This document shows positions 19,560-29,537 of a DNA stretch of 64,000 nucleotides, one piece after another (positions within the stretch are counted from its first letter, which is position 1; the number at the start of each line of letters is the position of its first letter). Position numbers and translations under genes: made by a program. Source of the DNA: Nitrospinaceae bacterium (GTDB lineage: Bacteria > UBA8248). Below the pieces are notes generated by a model. That model was not told the DNA's origin. It saw nothing but the letters and a program-made list of their open reading frames with translations, and searched no databases. The DNA is taken from contig JABJAL010000034.1 of the NCBI GenBank assembly GCA_018669005.1, positions 2,298-66,297 on the forward strand, written 5' to 3'.

Positions 19560-20405
19560 ATGTCCGGTGTGGAACTCGGTTTCATGGTGCCCCATCCATG
19601 GATAATGGTCGCGGGTGAATTAGAGGAGGGACATCACGCCCTGACCACCTCGGCCTATAGGCAGGTACGCGATCAGGTGGCCAAATTCGCCCCCGACGTC
19701 ATGATCGTCGCATCGCCCCACTGGCCGATACTGGGCAAATACCGCATCGGCGGTGCACCTCGGTATAAAGGCACGCTTGATACATTTCTTCCTCACATTA
19801 ATGAAGTTTTACCGCCAGAGCATCGCCGGGATCTACCCCCGGTGCCCTACGATTTTCCCGGCGATACGGAACTGGCCGGGTGTCTTTTTGACGCGGGCAA
19901 GGAGGCGGGTCTTGACGTTCAGTTCGAGTCCGAGCCAGAGGCCCTCGATCATGGCTCTATCGTGCCGATCATGTATTTAAATCCCGAGGGGCGTTTTCCT
20001 GTCGTGCTTATCTCGAACGAGGAGGGTTCCCATGAGCGGAGTCGCAAATGGGGGGAAGTTATCGAGCGTGAGATAGAGCGCATCGGTCGTCGCGCGGTGT
20101 TTATAGCGAGCGGAACACTTTCCCATCATTTCGTTTTCGATAGCCCGGACGCGCTTTGGCCAGACGGTGAGGTGTGGGACCGAAAGCTTCTCGATACTGT
20201 CACCAAGGGATGCCCCGAGGATATTTTCAGTTACACGGACACTGAAATTGCCGGTGGAGAGCTTGAGGCGGGCGGTCTGCATGGGCTTTATATGTTGCTA
20301 GGTGCCTTGGGGCCCAAGCCTTCGACAAAGGTGCTTAGCTACGAGGGCATCGTCGGGGTCGGCTCGCCCATCATTGAGTTTGAGCGAAAAATACTGGTTA
20401 GCTGA
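19560..20405 (+). CDS. class III extradiol ring-cleavage dioxygenase (LigB/DODA superfamily)
   Basis: Fold pattern with His-rich sites (HPW.., SPHWP, TLSHHF) typical of the LigB superfamily. Subfamily uncertain (DODA vs Memo-like). Confidence 0.5.
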   Translation: MSGVELGFMVPHPWIMVAGELEEGHHALTTSAYRQVRDQVAKFAPDVMIVASPHWPILGKYRIGGAPRYKGTLDTFLPHINEVLPPEHRRDLPPVPYDFPGDTELAGCLFDAGKEAGLDVQFESEPEALDHGSIVPIMYLNPEGRFPVVLISNEEGSHERSRKWGEVIEREIERIGRRAVFIASGTLSHHFVFDSPDALWPDGEVWDRKLLDTVTKGCPEDIFSYTDTEIAGGELEAGGLHGLYMLLGALGPKPSTKVLSYEGIVGVGSPIIEFERKILVS

Positions 20406-20442
20406 ATTTAGGCCCGATAATATTTTTGGCGGCAACCGGCAT

Positions 20443-21552
20443 TTATTTTTTGCACCCACTGCCGCGCGGCGGAATTTTGAGCAATTCGGCCGAGTCGAGG
20501 ACTTCGATGTCCGAGGCGCCGCCGACGATGAGCACCCTCCCATCGGGGAGCAGGGTCGCCGTGTGGAGCCTTCTCTCAAAGCGTAGCGATGAGCCCAGCG
20601 GTAAGAAACATTCCCCCTTTGGATCAAAAATCTCTCCGCTCAAAAGGGTTTTGCCCTTGCCCCAGCCCCCGATAATGAGCACTCGTCCGTCCGGGAGCCG
20701 TGTGGCGGTGTGTTGTTGCCGAGAGGTGTTCAGCTTTGCCTTGAGTAAATTAAACGAAGAAGCGCCCGGGTCATAAATTTCGGCGGTGTCGAGTGTTCCT
20801 GCTGGCCCGAGTCCACCGACAAGAAGCACCCGTCCTCCGGGCAGGCGTGTTGCCGTGTGACGGCTTCGCGAGATTGATAGCGCCTTTTTCACCAGCGTGG
20901 TCCGTTGCCGGGCTGGATGATAAATCTCGGCATAGCGCTCGCCGGGGCCGCGGGCACCGCCCACTATGAGTACGGTTCCATTTTCCAGCAGGGTGGCGGT
21001 GTGTTGCTGGCGTGCGGCATACAATGGGCGGGTGCTAGAAAACATGTTGCCCAGGGGCGAGAAAATTTCCATGTCGCGGACGGCGCGTTTAGAATCGTTT
21101 CCTCCAGCAATCAAAAAGCTGCCATCCTTGAGTGGAGTGATGGTGTGGTCAAAGCGCGCGGATTTCATTTTGAGGAGAATGGGAGTGCCTCCCGCCGGGG
21201 GAATTATCGCGGCCTCGCGCAGGGCGAGGTTACCGTGGGTCCATCCACCTGTGATGAGGATTTTCCCGTCCTTAAGTTTAGCTGCACGGTGCCAACCCCT
21301 CGGACTAAGGCCTGACACAGGGAGCGCCATAAATCGCTCCTCGACGATGCCGTAGAACTCGATTGAGCCGAGTGGGTCAGATTTTGTTAGGCCGGCTGCA
21401 ATAAAAACGCGTCCCGAGTCGAGAAGCGTGGCGGTGTGGCCGTGCCGGTTGGCGGTCATTGGGCCTGGGACTGAAGTGTCACCCTCGCCCGAGCATCCTG
21501 CGAGAAGAAGAACAAGAGCGAGATCTACTGCGAGGTTGCAAAATGTTTTCAT
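20443..21552 (-). CDS. Kelch-repeat beta-propeller lipoprotein
   Basis: Lipobox LAGCS. Roughly six repeats of a ...RxxHTATLLxDGRVLIxGG... Kelch motif. Confidence 0.7.
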   Translation of the reverse strand: MKTFCNLAVDLALVLLLAGCSGEGDTSVPGPMTANRHGHTATLLDSGRVFIAAGLTKSDPLGSIEFYGIVEERFMALPVSGLSPRGWHRAAKLKDGKILITGGWTHGNLALREAAIIPPAGGTPILLKMKSARFDHTITPLKDGSFLIAGGNDSKRAVRDMEIFSPLGNMFSSTRPLYAARQQHTATLLENGTVLIVGGARGPGERYAEIYHPARQRTTLVKKALSISRSRHTATRLPGGRVLLVGGLGPAGTLDTAEIYDPGASSFNLLKAKLNTSRQQHTATRLPDGRVLIIGGWGKGKTLLSGEIFDPKGECFLPLGSSLRFERRLHTATLLPDGRVLIVGGASDIEVLDSAELLKIPPRGSGCKK

Positions 21553-22217
21553 TCGGCATCTTTGGTTGGTTGATTTTCTTTTTCCAAACGAATTTTGAAT
21601 TGTTCTTTAATCTCTGGTGCGAGAGCGGAGATGCGCAATGCCCGCCTCGTTAATTCCAAATCACCTTCGCCGAAATTTCTAAGCCGGGCCATTTCTCGGA
21701 CAGTAATTTGCTCGGGTCCTGCCTCGATGCGCTCGATGGCGTCGCCAGCGCCGATTTCCCCTTCTTCGATAACGCGGAGATAAATTCCGAGCAACCCGCT
21801 ATTGAAAAATTTACCAACGAAGCTCTTGTCCGCCATTGAAATCCCGAGCTTAAAGCAAGGGTTTCGAGGCTGGCTCACCTCAGCCACCGCGCCCCCGATT
21901 CGAAAAATATCGCCAATGAATACTTCATCCTCAGTCATACCCTCAGTGGTAAGGTTTTCGCCAAACTGGCCAAAAGTAAAATCGTCTCGCCGGAGTTCTT
22001 TTTCCCAGTGCGCGTAGTTTTGGATGTCGTAGGTGTAGACAGCCTTGTATTCCCCGCCGTGATTTTTGAGGTCCGCCTGTCCGTCGCCGTCGATGTTAAG
22101 GCTTCGCATCATTGCGCGACCCTTGACGGGTATTTTGAAAATTCCGGTGTGGACAGGCTGATCATTGTGAAAAACCGCCCGGGGTTTAGCGACGTTGACG
22201 GAGAGAAGCTTCATCAT
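21549..22217 (-). CDS. MOSC domain-containing protein
   Basis: 222 aa with GQFGENLT...NPCxKL, a MOSC beta-barrel signature (YiiM-like). Confidence 0.65.
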   Translation of the reverse strand: MMKLLSVNVAKPRAVFHNDQPVHTGIFKIPVKGRAMMRSLNIDGDGQADLKNHGGEYKAVYTYDIQNYAHWEKELRRDDFTFGQFGENLTTEGMTEDEVFIGDIFRIGGAVAEVSQPRNPCFKLGISMADKSFVGKFFNSGLLGIYLRVIEEGEIGAGDAIERIEAGPEQITVREMARLRNFGEGDLELTRRALRISALAPEIKEQFKIRLEKENQPTKDAE

Positions 22218-23953
22218 TAAGCCGTAGTTTCAATCTTTCTTTTTCCAGCCTTTAGCATTTCCTCGGCGTGTTTGATGGCTGCTGCGGTCACTTCGAGTCC
22301 GGCGCCCATGCGCGCAATTTCCTCGATGCGGGCCTCTCCTTCAATTGGCTCGATAGAGGTGGCGGTGCGTCCCGAGGCGGTATGCTTTTCGATCCGGAAA
22401 TGTTGGTCGCCCAGGCAGGCAACCTGGGGAAGGTGGGTGATGACGAGGACTTGATGATCTGCAGAGACTTCCTGGAGCTTTCTGCCTACGACCTCGGCTA
22501 TTCCACCGCCGATGCCAGCGTCCACTTCATCGAAAATCAAGGTGGGTATCATGTCGCCGCGCCGGAGGACGGATTCGAGCGCAAGCATGAGGCGGGACAG
22601 CTCTCCGCCCGAGGCAATTCGTGCCAGCGGGCGCGGTGTCTCGCCTGCGTTCGGGGAGAAGAAGAACTCGCACATGTCGATGCCCCCCGAGCGCAGTTCG
22701 AACCGCTCGCCCTTGATCTCAACGGCCCCTTCGAGGGCGGCGTGTTGGGAAACCTTGGTCTCAAGAACTGCGTCGCTCAAGCCAAGATCGGCCATTGCTT
22801 TTTTCATCCCTTTATCGAGATCAGTCGAGGTTTTCTGGCGTTTTTGGGAGATGACATGGCATCGGCGAGAGACTTCGCTCCGCAATTTCTCGGACGCTTC
22901 TAGAAGGTGGGCCTCTGTGCCCTCTTCATCCGAAATGGCGGAAAGCTCCGAGCGGGCGTTATTTAGATATTCGAGACACTCTTCTTCATCGTTGCCGTAT
23001 TTACGTACGAGTTCGCGGAGAAGGGTTCGCCTGACTTCAAGGATTTCGAGGCGCTCGGGGTCGAGCTCGATACCGCCGAAATAATCTCGCACCGAGTCGG
23101 CAAGCGATTCCACTTCGGCCCGCGCGGAGGCGGCCATCTCTTGTAGAGGGGCCTGCGAGGGATCCAACTCGACAAGTTGCTCTAAATTTCGAATGGATTC
23201 ACCAAGTTGTTCGATGACCGAACCTTCTGCCCCATAAAGCATTTCATATATACCCTGGCCGAGGGCGCCGAGGCGCCCAGCGTTGCGAAGGCGGGGAAGC
23301 TCGGCTTCGATCTCTTCGAGTTCGCCTGACGAAATTGCGGCGCGATCAAGCTCCTCGACTTGAAATCGGAGAAGGTCGGCGCGCTGGGCACGCTCTCTTG
23401 CTCCTGTGCGGTGTGTCTCTAATTCGGCCTCCACTTCCCTAAGTTCGGCGGCAAGGTGCCCCAGAGCGGATCTCTCATCGGAGAGCCCAGCGAAATCGTC
23501 GAGAAGGCCCAAATGCGCCGAGGGTTTCAGGAGGGTTTGCTGGGCGTGCTGACCGTGGATGTTGACTAGAGCGTCGGCGATAGAGGAAAGCGTTGCGGCA
23601 GTCGAGAGGGCTCCGTTCAGATATATGCGACTCCTCCCGCTTGCAGAAATTTTTCGGCGCACGATCAATTCACCCTCTTTGGAAATGTCGATGCCAGCTT
23701 CCTCAAGTGTAGCGCGGGCAGCGGCCCCGCCGGGTGTGTCGGGAAGCTCGAAAAGACTCTCGACTACGGCGTCTTTTGCGCCCGAGCGGACGAGATCGGC
23801 GCTTGCCCTGCCGCCGAGGGTGAGGTGAAGGGCTTCGAATATGATTGATTTTCCCGCGCCGGTCTCGCCAGTAAGTACGTTCAGTCCCGCTCCGAAGCTC
23901 ACCTCAAGCGAGTCGATGATTGCGAAATCCGAGATTCGCATTAATCGAAGCAT
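22217..23953 (-). CDS. recN: DNA repair protein RecN
   Basis: N-terminal Walker A (LTGETGAGKS), long coiled coil, and C-terminal signature/Walker B region. Confidence 0.9.
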   Translation of the reverse strand: MLRLMRISDFAIIDSLEVSFGAGLNVLTGETGAGKSIIFEALHLTLGGRASADLVRSGAKDAVVESLFELPDTPGGAAARATLEEAGIDISKEGELIVRRKISASGRSRIYLNGALSTAATLSSIADALVNIHGQHAQQTLLKPSAHLGLLDDFAGLSDERSALGHLAAELREVEAELETHRTGARERAQRADLLRFQVEELDRAAISSGELEEIEAELPRLRNAGRLGALGQGIYEMLYGAEGSVIEQLGESIRNLEQLVELDPSQAPLQEMAASARAEVESLADSVRDYFGGIELDPERLEILEVRRTLLRELVRKYGNDEEECLEYLNNARSELSAISDEEGTEAHLLEASEKLRSEVSRRCHVISQKRQKTSTDLDKGMKKAMADLGLSDAVLETKVSQHAALEGAVEIKGERFELRSGGIDMCEFFFSPNAGETPRPLARIASGGELSRLMLALESVLRRGDMIPTLIFDEVDAGIGGGIAEVVGRKLQEVSADHQVLVITHLPQVACLGDQHFRIEKHTASGRTATSIEPIEGEARIEEIARMGAGLEVTAAAIKHAEEMLKAGKRKIETTA

Positions 23954-23960
23954 GGCGTCC

Positions 23961-24941
23961 TCATGACCCGTTTTTTCCGCCGCGCGGGTGCGTCTCCCAA
24001 AGGAGCTTGTCCCGGAGAATCTCGAAGAAGTCTGATCCCGACGGGCGCACCAGGCGAATAGGGTCCGGACTCAAGCTTACGTGAAGATAATCAGAAGAGC
24101 CAAGATTGCAACCGTGTTGTCCATCAATAGTAAGAAGTATTTCGCGGTCCTCATCATCGGCGTCGGTGAAGATCATCGCCTCCACGCTCGCCTCGGCCGG
24201 GACGACGAGCGGGCGGTTGCTTAACGTGTGCGGGCAAATGGGGTTGATGAGCATGACGTTGAGATCCGGCATCAGAAGGGGCCCCCCCGCCGAGAGCGAA
24301 TAGGCGGTCGAGCCAGTAGGGGTGGCGATTATTAGACCGTCCGCTCGGAATATACCAACCTGCTTTCCGTCCACCGAGATTTGAAATTCCACCATTCGCG
24401 CCAGAGGGCCGGAGGTGAGAACGACATCGTTCAGAACGTCCGTCAACGGTATGTTTGATCCATTTTTCTGGGCTGAAGGCCGAAGACGCATTCTCGTTTC
24501 GGTCACATAATTTCCTTTGATGAGAATGTCTTCAAGCGCGGGAATGGCGTCGGAGCCGGGAACGTCTGCTAGAAAACCAAGGTGGCCGGCATTGATGCCC
24601 AGAAGAGGTGGCGCATTTTTGCCTAGGAGATGAGCGGTTCTCAGCATCGAGCCGTCTCCGCCTACAACGATAATCAAGTCGGCGTCCGCGATAGCCTTTT
24701 GCTGGTCAAGGCCGCAGGAGGCACCTATTTGCCCGGCGGTTGCCTTGTCCAGGACGATTTCAAAATCCTTGTCTCGGAGCCAGTTTACGACAGAGGATAA
24801 ATCCACCTCCTGGGTAAGCGCAGTGGGCCATGTCATAAGCGCAATTTTTTGAAATGAATCGGCCACGATCCGGTGTCTCCCTTTTACATAATAAAGCCAA
24901 GGATCGAGAGTATCCCAATCTCGAGGGTGCGCCGCAACCAA
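23961..24941 (-). CDS. nadK: NAD+ kinase
   Basis: GGDGSML and NxGxLGFL motifs. The conserved ppnK-recN operon arrangement. Confidence 0.85.
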   Translation of the reverse strand: MVAAHPRDWDTLDPWLYYVKGRHRIVADSFQKIALMTWPTALTQEVDLSSVVNWLRDKDFEIVLDKATAGQIGASCGLDQQKAIADADLIIVVGGDGSMLRTAHLLGKNAPPLLGINAGHLGFLADVPGSDAIPALEDILIKGNYVTETRMRLRPSAQKNGSNIPLTDVLNDVVLTSGPLARMVEFQISVDGKQVGIFRADGLIIATPTGSTAYSLSAGGPLLMPDLNVMLINPICPHTLSNRPLVVPAEASVEAMIFTDADDEDREILLTIDGQHGCNLGSSDYLHVSLSPDPIRLVRPSGSDFFEILRDKLLWETHPRGGKNGS

Positions 24942-24951
24942 ATAACTGGGG

Positions 24952-25878
24952 TTAACGAATGGCGCCGCCTGCAGGAGCGGGGCGTTTGGGTTTTTGACGG
25001 GTTTTACGCCTTGATTCCCCTTGCCAATGGCGGCAGATGTCTTGAAGCGGGCATTCGGTGCAAATGCTTACATCCGGGCGGCTTGGGCAGTGACCCAGGA
25101 TGCCGAGGCGTGATATCGCGAAATCGTAGCGCGTCGGATCGTCGGGACACAGGAGCCTGAGGGAGTCTGTAATCTCTTCGGCCATTTTAAGGTTCGGTGT
25201 TTTTCGATCGGTCAGACCCAGGAGGCGACCGATTCTCGCGATATGGGTGTCGAGCGGAATGGTGAGCTGATCGGATCGTGGTCCCTTCCAGAGGCCAAGG
25301 TCCACTCCGTCTTCCTGTCGAATCATCCATTTCAAGAAAAGATTCATGCGCTTGCTTGCACCCCCTCTTGTGGGGTCGGGTAGGAGATAGGAAAAACCTT
25401 TTTTCGACGCGCCGCCGGGGGCAAGAGATAGTAGCCTCCCCCGGAAGGCAGCCAGCGCGCTCGCTAGCGTGGCCGCGCTGGAGTTGTAGTTGAGCATGAA
25501 TATGGTCTCGAGTGAGCCCCATTCTCGAAGCGCCTCTCCCGTCATGTGGGCAAAGCGAGATAGGTCGTCGGCACAGATCCAGCGGTGGACGATTCCCTTG
25601 AAAAGATTTCGGTTCTTTTCGATTTGAAAGCTGCGCAGGGTCTCGGCAGGTTGTTCACCAAGACGTTCATAAACACGGCCCAGGCTGGTTCGCACCGCCT
25701 TTGCATTCCCGAAGGCAAGCGCCTGCGCGATGAAAGCGGCAACTTCGCGGTCATCCCTGCGTGGATAGCGATGCACTAGTCCAAGGGGGTCTGAGTCTAG
25801 GAAGAAGGGCCCATAGGTTTTCATCAGGGCATCGAGCCGGGATTTGACGGCGGACACATTTGCGGGACGAAGGGGCAT
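24952..25878 (-). CDS. TIGR02757/DUF2400 family protein
   Basis: 308 aa conserved hypothetical protein with a C-terminal Cys cluster (CPSRPDVSICTECPLQDIC). Family assignment from memory. Confidence 0.4.
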   Translation of the reverse strand: MPLRPANVSAVKSRLDALMKTYGPFFLDSDPLGLVHRYPRRDDREVAAFIAQALAFGNAKAVRTSLGRVYERLGEQPAETLRSFQIEKNRNLFKGIVHRWICADDLSRFAHMTGEALREWGSLETIFMLNYNSSAATLASALAAFRGRLLSLAPGGASKKGFSYLLPDPTRGGASKRMNLFLKWMIRQEDGVDLGLWKGPRSDQLTIPLDTHIARIGRLLGLTDRKTPNLKMAEEITDSLRLLCPDDPTRYDFAISRLGILGHCPSRPDVSICTECPLQDICRHWQGESRRKTRQKPKRPAPAGGAIR

Positions 25879-26327
25879 TAGAACGCCCCGCTCGAATCGA
25901 GTATCAGGGTAACGGGCCCATCGTTGATTAATTCAACATCCATCATGGCGCCAAATCTACCCGTGGCGGTGGTCACGCCGAGTTTTCCAACCTCGGCGAC
26001 GAATTGCTCGATCAACTTTTTTGCCAATTCAGGTGGAGCGGCGCCAGTGAAAGAGGGGCGTCTTCCTTTCCGGCAATCACCGTAGAGGGTGAACTGACTG
26101 ATGATGAGCATTTCGCCCCCTGAGTCGAGGAGCGAGCGGTTCATTTTGCCTCCCTCGTCAGGAAAGATTCGAAGATGGACGCTCTTATCGGCGAGGTAGT
26201 GCACCTCTTTTTCGGTGTCCTCGGGCCCCACCCCGATGAGAATCATAATGCCCGGCCCGATTTTGCCTACGACTTCGCCGGAGACGCTCACGCTGGAATT
26301 TCGGACACGTTGAATGACGGCCAGCAT
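25878..26327 (-). CDS. dtd: D-aminoacyl-tRNA deacylase
   Basis: MLAVIQRV...SQFTLYGD...NDGPVT, the canonical Dtd motifs. Confidence 0.85.
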   Translation of the reverse strand: MLAVIQRVRNSSVSVSGEVVGKIGPGIMILIGVGPEDTEKEVHYLADKSVHLRIFPDEGGKMNRSLLDSGGEMLIISQFTLYGDCRKGRRPSFTGAAPPELAKKLIEQFVAEVGKLGVTTATGRFGAMMDVELINDGPVTLILDSSGAF

Positions 26328-26660
26328 AGGAATGCCTCTTTCTAGCAAGAATATTTTGAATTGCCAGATGATCTCAAGTGTTCCATTTTATCAAAGATTG
26401 AGGATTACATAAATTCATTTACCTCGATTTTTGATTGAATAGTTGATGATAGGGCTCAGGATAATTGAAAATTAAAGGAAAAAGAGCTCCGTTTAATTAT
26501 TTGAATTAATTAAATTTTTCCAGTTTCTAGTCTTTGGCCTCTTGAAACTGTCATGTTCAATCATGTAGTATAAGTCCAATGAAAAAAGGAATTTACAATT
26601 GAATTCCTAAAAACGGTAAGGTATCATTATCTTTACCATTTGTAGCTTGGGAGATTAAAG

Positions 26661-27272
26661 GTGGCAATTCCCGAAAAGTTGGCTTCGAAAAAAGCGTTTA
26701 CGACTTTTGAAGTGGCCGAGATATGTGATGTGACTCCTGTAACGATCCAAAACTGGATCGACAAAGAATGGCTCCGTGCCTACAGGACACCGGGTGGCCA
26801 TCGACGTGTTCTTCGTGAAGATCTCATGGCTTTCCTTGAGTCAAGGAATATCCCGCATATTTTCAACGAGCGCACTGGTCCGCCAAAGGTGCTTGTGGTC
26901 GATGATGAAAAGAATTTCACTGAGTTGATCCGGGATATCTTGCTTTTGGATAACTCAGAGTATGAAATTGAGATAGCTCACGATGGGTTCCGGGCCGGGT
27001 TGTTATATGCCAATAACAAACCCGATGTTGTTTTGCTCGACTTGATGCTTCCCGGAGTGGATGGTTTTGAGGTTTGCCGCCAGATTAAACAAAGTGGCGG
27101 CGGCTCGAATACAACGATAATTGCCATAACAGGCCTGGACGATCCCAGTCATAAAGAGCGGATCATGAACCTGGGCGCCTCGCACTTCCTCCAGAAGCCG
27201 GCCGATACGGCGCAAATCAGAGACTTGGTTCGCCAATCAGTGGAGTCAAGAGTTTCCGGGACCTCTTCCTAG
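26661..27272 (+). CDS. response regulator with N-terminal excisionase/MerR-type HTH and C-terminal receiver domain
   Basis: HTH_17-like FTTFEVAEICDVTPVTIQNWI...YRTPGGHRRV. REC domain (VLVVDDE...LLDLMLPGVDG...KP). GC about 49%. Preceded by a ~310-bp AT-rich region. Confidence 0.6.
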   Translation: MAIPEKLASKKAFTTFEVAEICDVTPVTIQNWIDKEWLRAYRTPGGHRRVLREDLMAFLESRNIPHIFNERTGPPKVLVVDDEKNFTELIRDILLLDNSEYEIEIAHDGFRAGLLYANNKPDVVLLDLMLPGVDGFEVCRQIKQSGGGSNTTIIAITGLDDPSHKERIMNLGASHFLQKPADTAQIRDLVRQSVESRVSGTSS

Positions 27273-27400
27273 GCAACCGTTTTAAGTATCGTGAGTTAAG
27301 GATTAGCGGGTTTTCTGCGCTTGGCGGTCTTTTCATAAAAAGCGACATACAAATTTCAGGATTATTTGTTGATTGTGGCAGGGTTTCCTGATTCAGAGAG

Positions 27401-28291
27401 TTAGTTGTCCTCGCCCGAATCTTTGCCTCGACCACGCTCGCGCAGAAACCGCTCGACCTCACGAGCTAGATCTTCTCCCGAGGGCAGGCCTCCCGAGGGG
27501 TCCTCATCCTCGTTCTCATCCTCGCTCCGGAGTTTGAGTTCCTCCACATACTCTTTTACTGCCTTGTTCGATTCGAGGGCCTGATCAACCTTATCGTCGA
27601 AATCGATGGAGCCCATTTCCAACTCAGAAACACTAACTTCGATTTGGAGAAATTCGTTCAGGCGGCGGACTAGGGCTAGAGCTGCCTTAGGATTTGGCGA
27701 AACGTTGACGTAGTGAGGGACGTTCGCCCAGACGCTCACGGCAGGCAGGTTCTCATCGCGGAACAGATTATTCAGGATGCCGACGATCCCGGTGGGGCCT
27801 TCATAGCCCGATCGTTTGAGGCCCAATCGGGTAGCGAGCTCGATATTGGTCGAGGAGCCGGTGATGCGTACCTCGCTTCTGTGATAGACGTCGGCGAGGA
27901 GCGCGCCCAATGTCACGGCCATCCTGACGTCGCACTTTTGTGCGAGGGAATGAATCATTCTCGTGAATAATTGCCACTGAAGATGAGGTTCGACTCCGAC
28001 AAAGAAGATTAAATCGTTTGCTAGTTGAGGGGTGCGGCAAGCATAAAATGTATTTGTGGGCCAGGTAATCTGGCGTTGTCCTTCAGCGTCCAAGCTCACC
28101 AAGGGACGAGCGTCTTGGAAATTGTGGAAATAATCAGAGTCGATGGAGGCGAACTCCGAGCCCCCAAGTTCCTCTGAGATATAGGTCGCTGCAGTTGTCG
28201 CGGCACTACTGGCGTCGTTCCACCCCGAAAAGGCTAGCACCAGGGTGGGGTTTCTGAGTTCCGGTATCTCTTGAATTTTAAGATATTCCAT
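27401..28291 (-). CDS. PAC2 (proteasome assembly chaperone-like) family protein
   Basis: LVLAFSGWNDASSAA N-terminal motif and an acidic C-terminal tail. Family call from memory of bacterial PAC2 proteins. Confidence 0.45.
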   Translation of the reverse strand: MEYLKIQEIPELRNPTLVLAFSGWNDASSAATTAATYISEELGGSEFASIDSDYFHNFQDARPLVSLDAEGQRQITWPTNTFYACRTPQLANDLIFFVGVEPHLQWQLFTRMIHSLAQKCDVRMAVTLGALLADVYHRSEVRITGSSTNIELATRLGLKRSGYEGPTGIVGILNNLFRDENLPAVSVWANVPHYVNVSPNPKAALALVRRLNEFLQIEVSVSELEMGSIDFDDKVDQALESNKAVKEYVEELKLRSEDENEDEDPSGGLPSGEDLAREVERFLRERGRGKDSGEDN

Positions 28292-28582
28292 CGGTCGTCC
28301 TCGGCGGCTGGGAAGGATTGGACAGAATTTCGAAACTAATCTTATGAGGATATTCTAAACTTCTAGGCGAGAGGATTCAAAGCCTAATTTTCAAACCTGC
28401 TGAAAAACCATTGTAATCGGCCCAAAGTTATTATAATTGATAGCTTAGCGCCCGGATGCTATAAACAGGGCAGCTAATCCGAGGAAGATTTTTTCGTGCT
28501 CGAGTGGGTATTTTATGACCCACGCTACATTAGTTCCCGCCTGTGTGATAAACCCCGCCGTTATAAACGGCGAAGGTAAGGT

Positions 28583-29383
28583 TTGCCAGTGAATACCTTG
28601 AATGAAACTGAATCGCATTTTCAGGGCAAGGTTGCTTTGATCACTGGTGCCTCGCGAGGTATTGGCGCGGCCGTGGCGAGATGCCTTGCCCGGGCGGGGG
28701 TGGATTTGGTGATCAATCACCGCGAGGGCCGGGGTCGCTCGGGTAAAATGGCCGAAGAGTTGTGCCGCGAAGCTGAGGCGGAGGGCGTACGCGCCATAGC
28801 GGTTCCTGCTGATATTGCAAAAAAAGATGCGGTCGAGGCCCTATTCACCAGGGCCGAAGAAGAATTTGGTCGCCTAGATTTTCTTGTGCTCAACGCCGCC
28901 CGCGCTCCTTTTAAGCCGTGGGAAAAACTTTTGGAGCGCGATCTCCGCCAACTGGTAGATACGAATTACTTGGGCAACGTTTTTTGCATGCAGAAGGCGA
29001 TTGCCCCTCTTTCCAGGCGGGGTGGGGCCGTTGTGTTTCTTTCGAGCCTGGGAAGCCGGTTTGTTAATCCGGACTATCCATTAGGCTCGATGAAGGCGGC
29101 GATGGAGTCAGCCGTGAAGTATTGGGCAGAAAGCTGGGGCGAGCAGGGCATTTCGGTGAACGCTGTTTGTGCCGGTCTGGTGATGACGGATTCGTTCAAG
29201 ACGCTCCGGATGGTGAACCCGGACCTGGAGAACCTGCCTGAGCGGTTTTTTCTATCGCCCGAGGAGGTTGCCGGGGTGGTCCAGTATCTGTTGGGGCCAG
29301 CGAGCGGGGTCATACGGGGGCAGACGGTGGTGGCCGACAAGGGTGTGAGCAACCGCCTACTCTGGCCATCCCCCCCAGGATGA
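28583..29383 (+). CDS. SDR family oxidoreductase (first gene of FAS/PKS-like operon)
   Basis: TGASRGIG Rossmann motif, NAA, and Y-x5-K (YPLGSMK). TTG start with aaggtaagg RBS. Confidence 0.7.
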   Translation: MPVNTLNETESHFQGKVALITGASRGIGAAVARCLARAGVDLVINHREGRGRSGKMAEELCREAEAEGVRAIAVPADIAKKDAVEALFTRAEEEFGRLDFLVLNAARAPFKPWEKLLERDLRQLVDTNYLGNVFCMQKAIAPLSRRGGAVVFLSSLGSRFVNPDYPLGSMKAAMESAVKYWAESWGEQGISVNAVCAGLVMTDSFKTLRMVNPDLENLPERFFLSPEEVAGVVQYLLGPASGVIRGQTVVADKGVSNRLLWPSPPG

Positions 29384-29537
29384 TGCATTCTTGCCTCCCC
29401 CGGTCCCGAAGTTGCACATTGCCGGGCAGAGCGTTTTAATGCAGGTCTAATGTCATGGTTGATATTGATATGGGGTCCGGGCGGTTGTCTTATCCCTTTG
29501 ATAATAGGACATTCATAAGAGGCACGAGGAGAAACAA

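Noticed and set aside
26370-26420. Small ORF ([14 protein letters not shown]) in the AT-rich region
   Set aside because: 14 codons with no RBS. Such peptides are expected by chance in AT-rich DNA.
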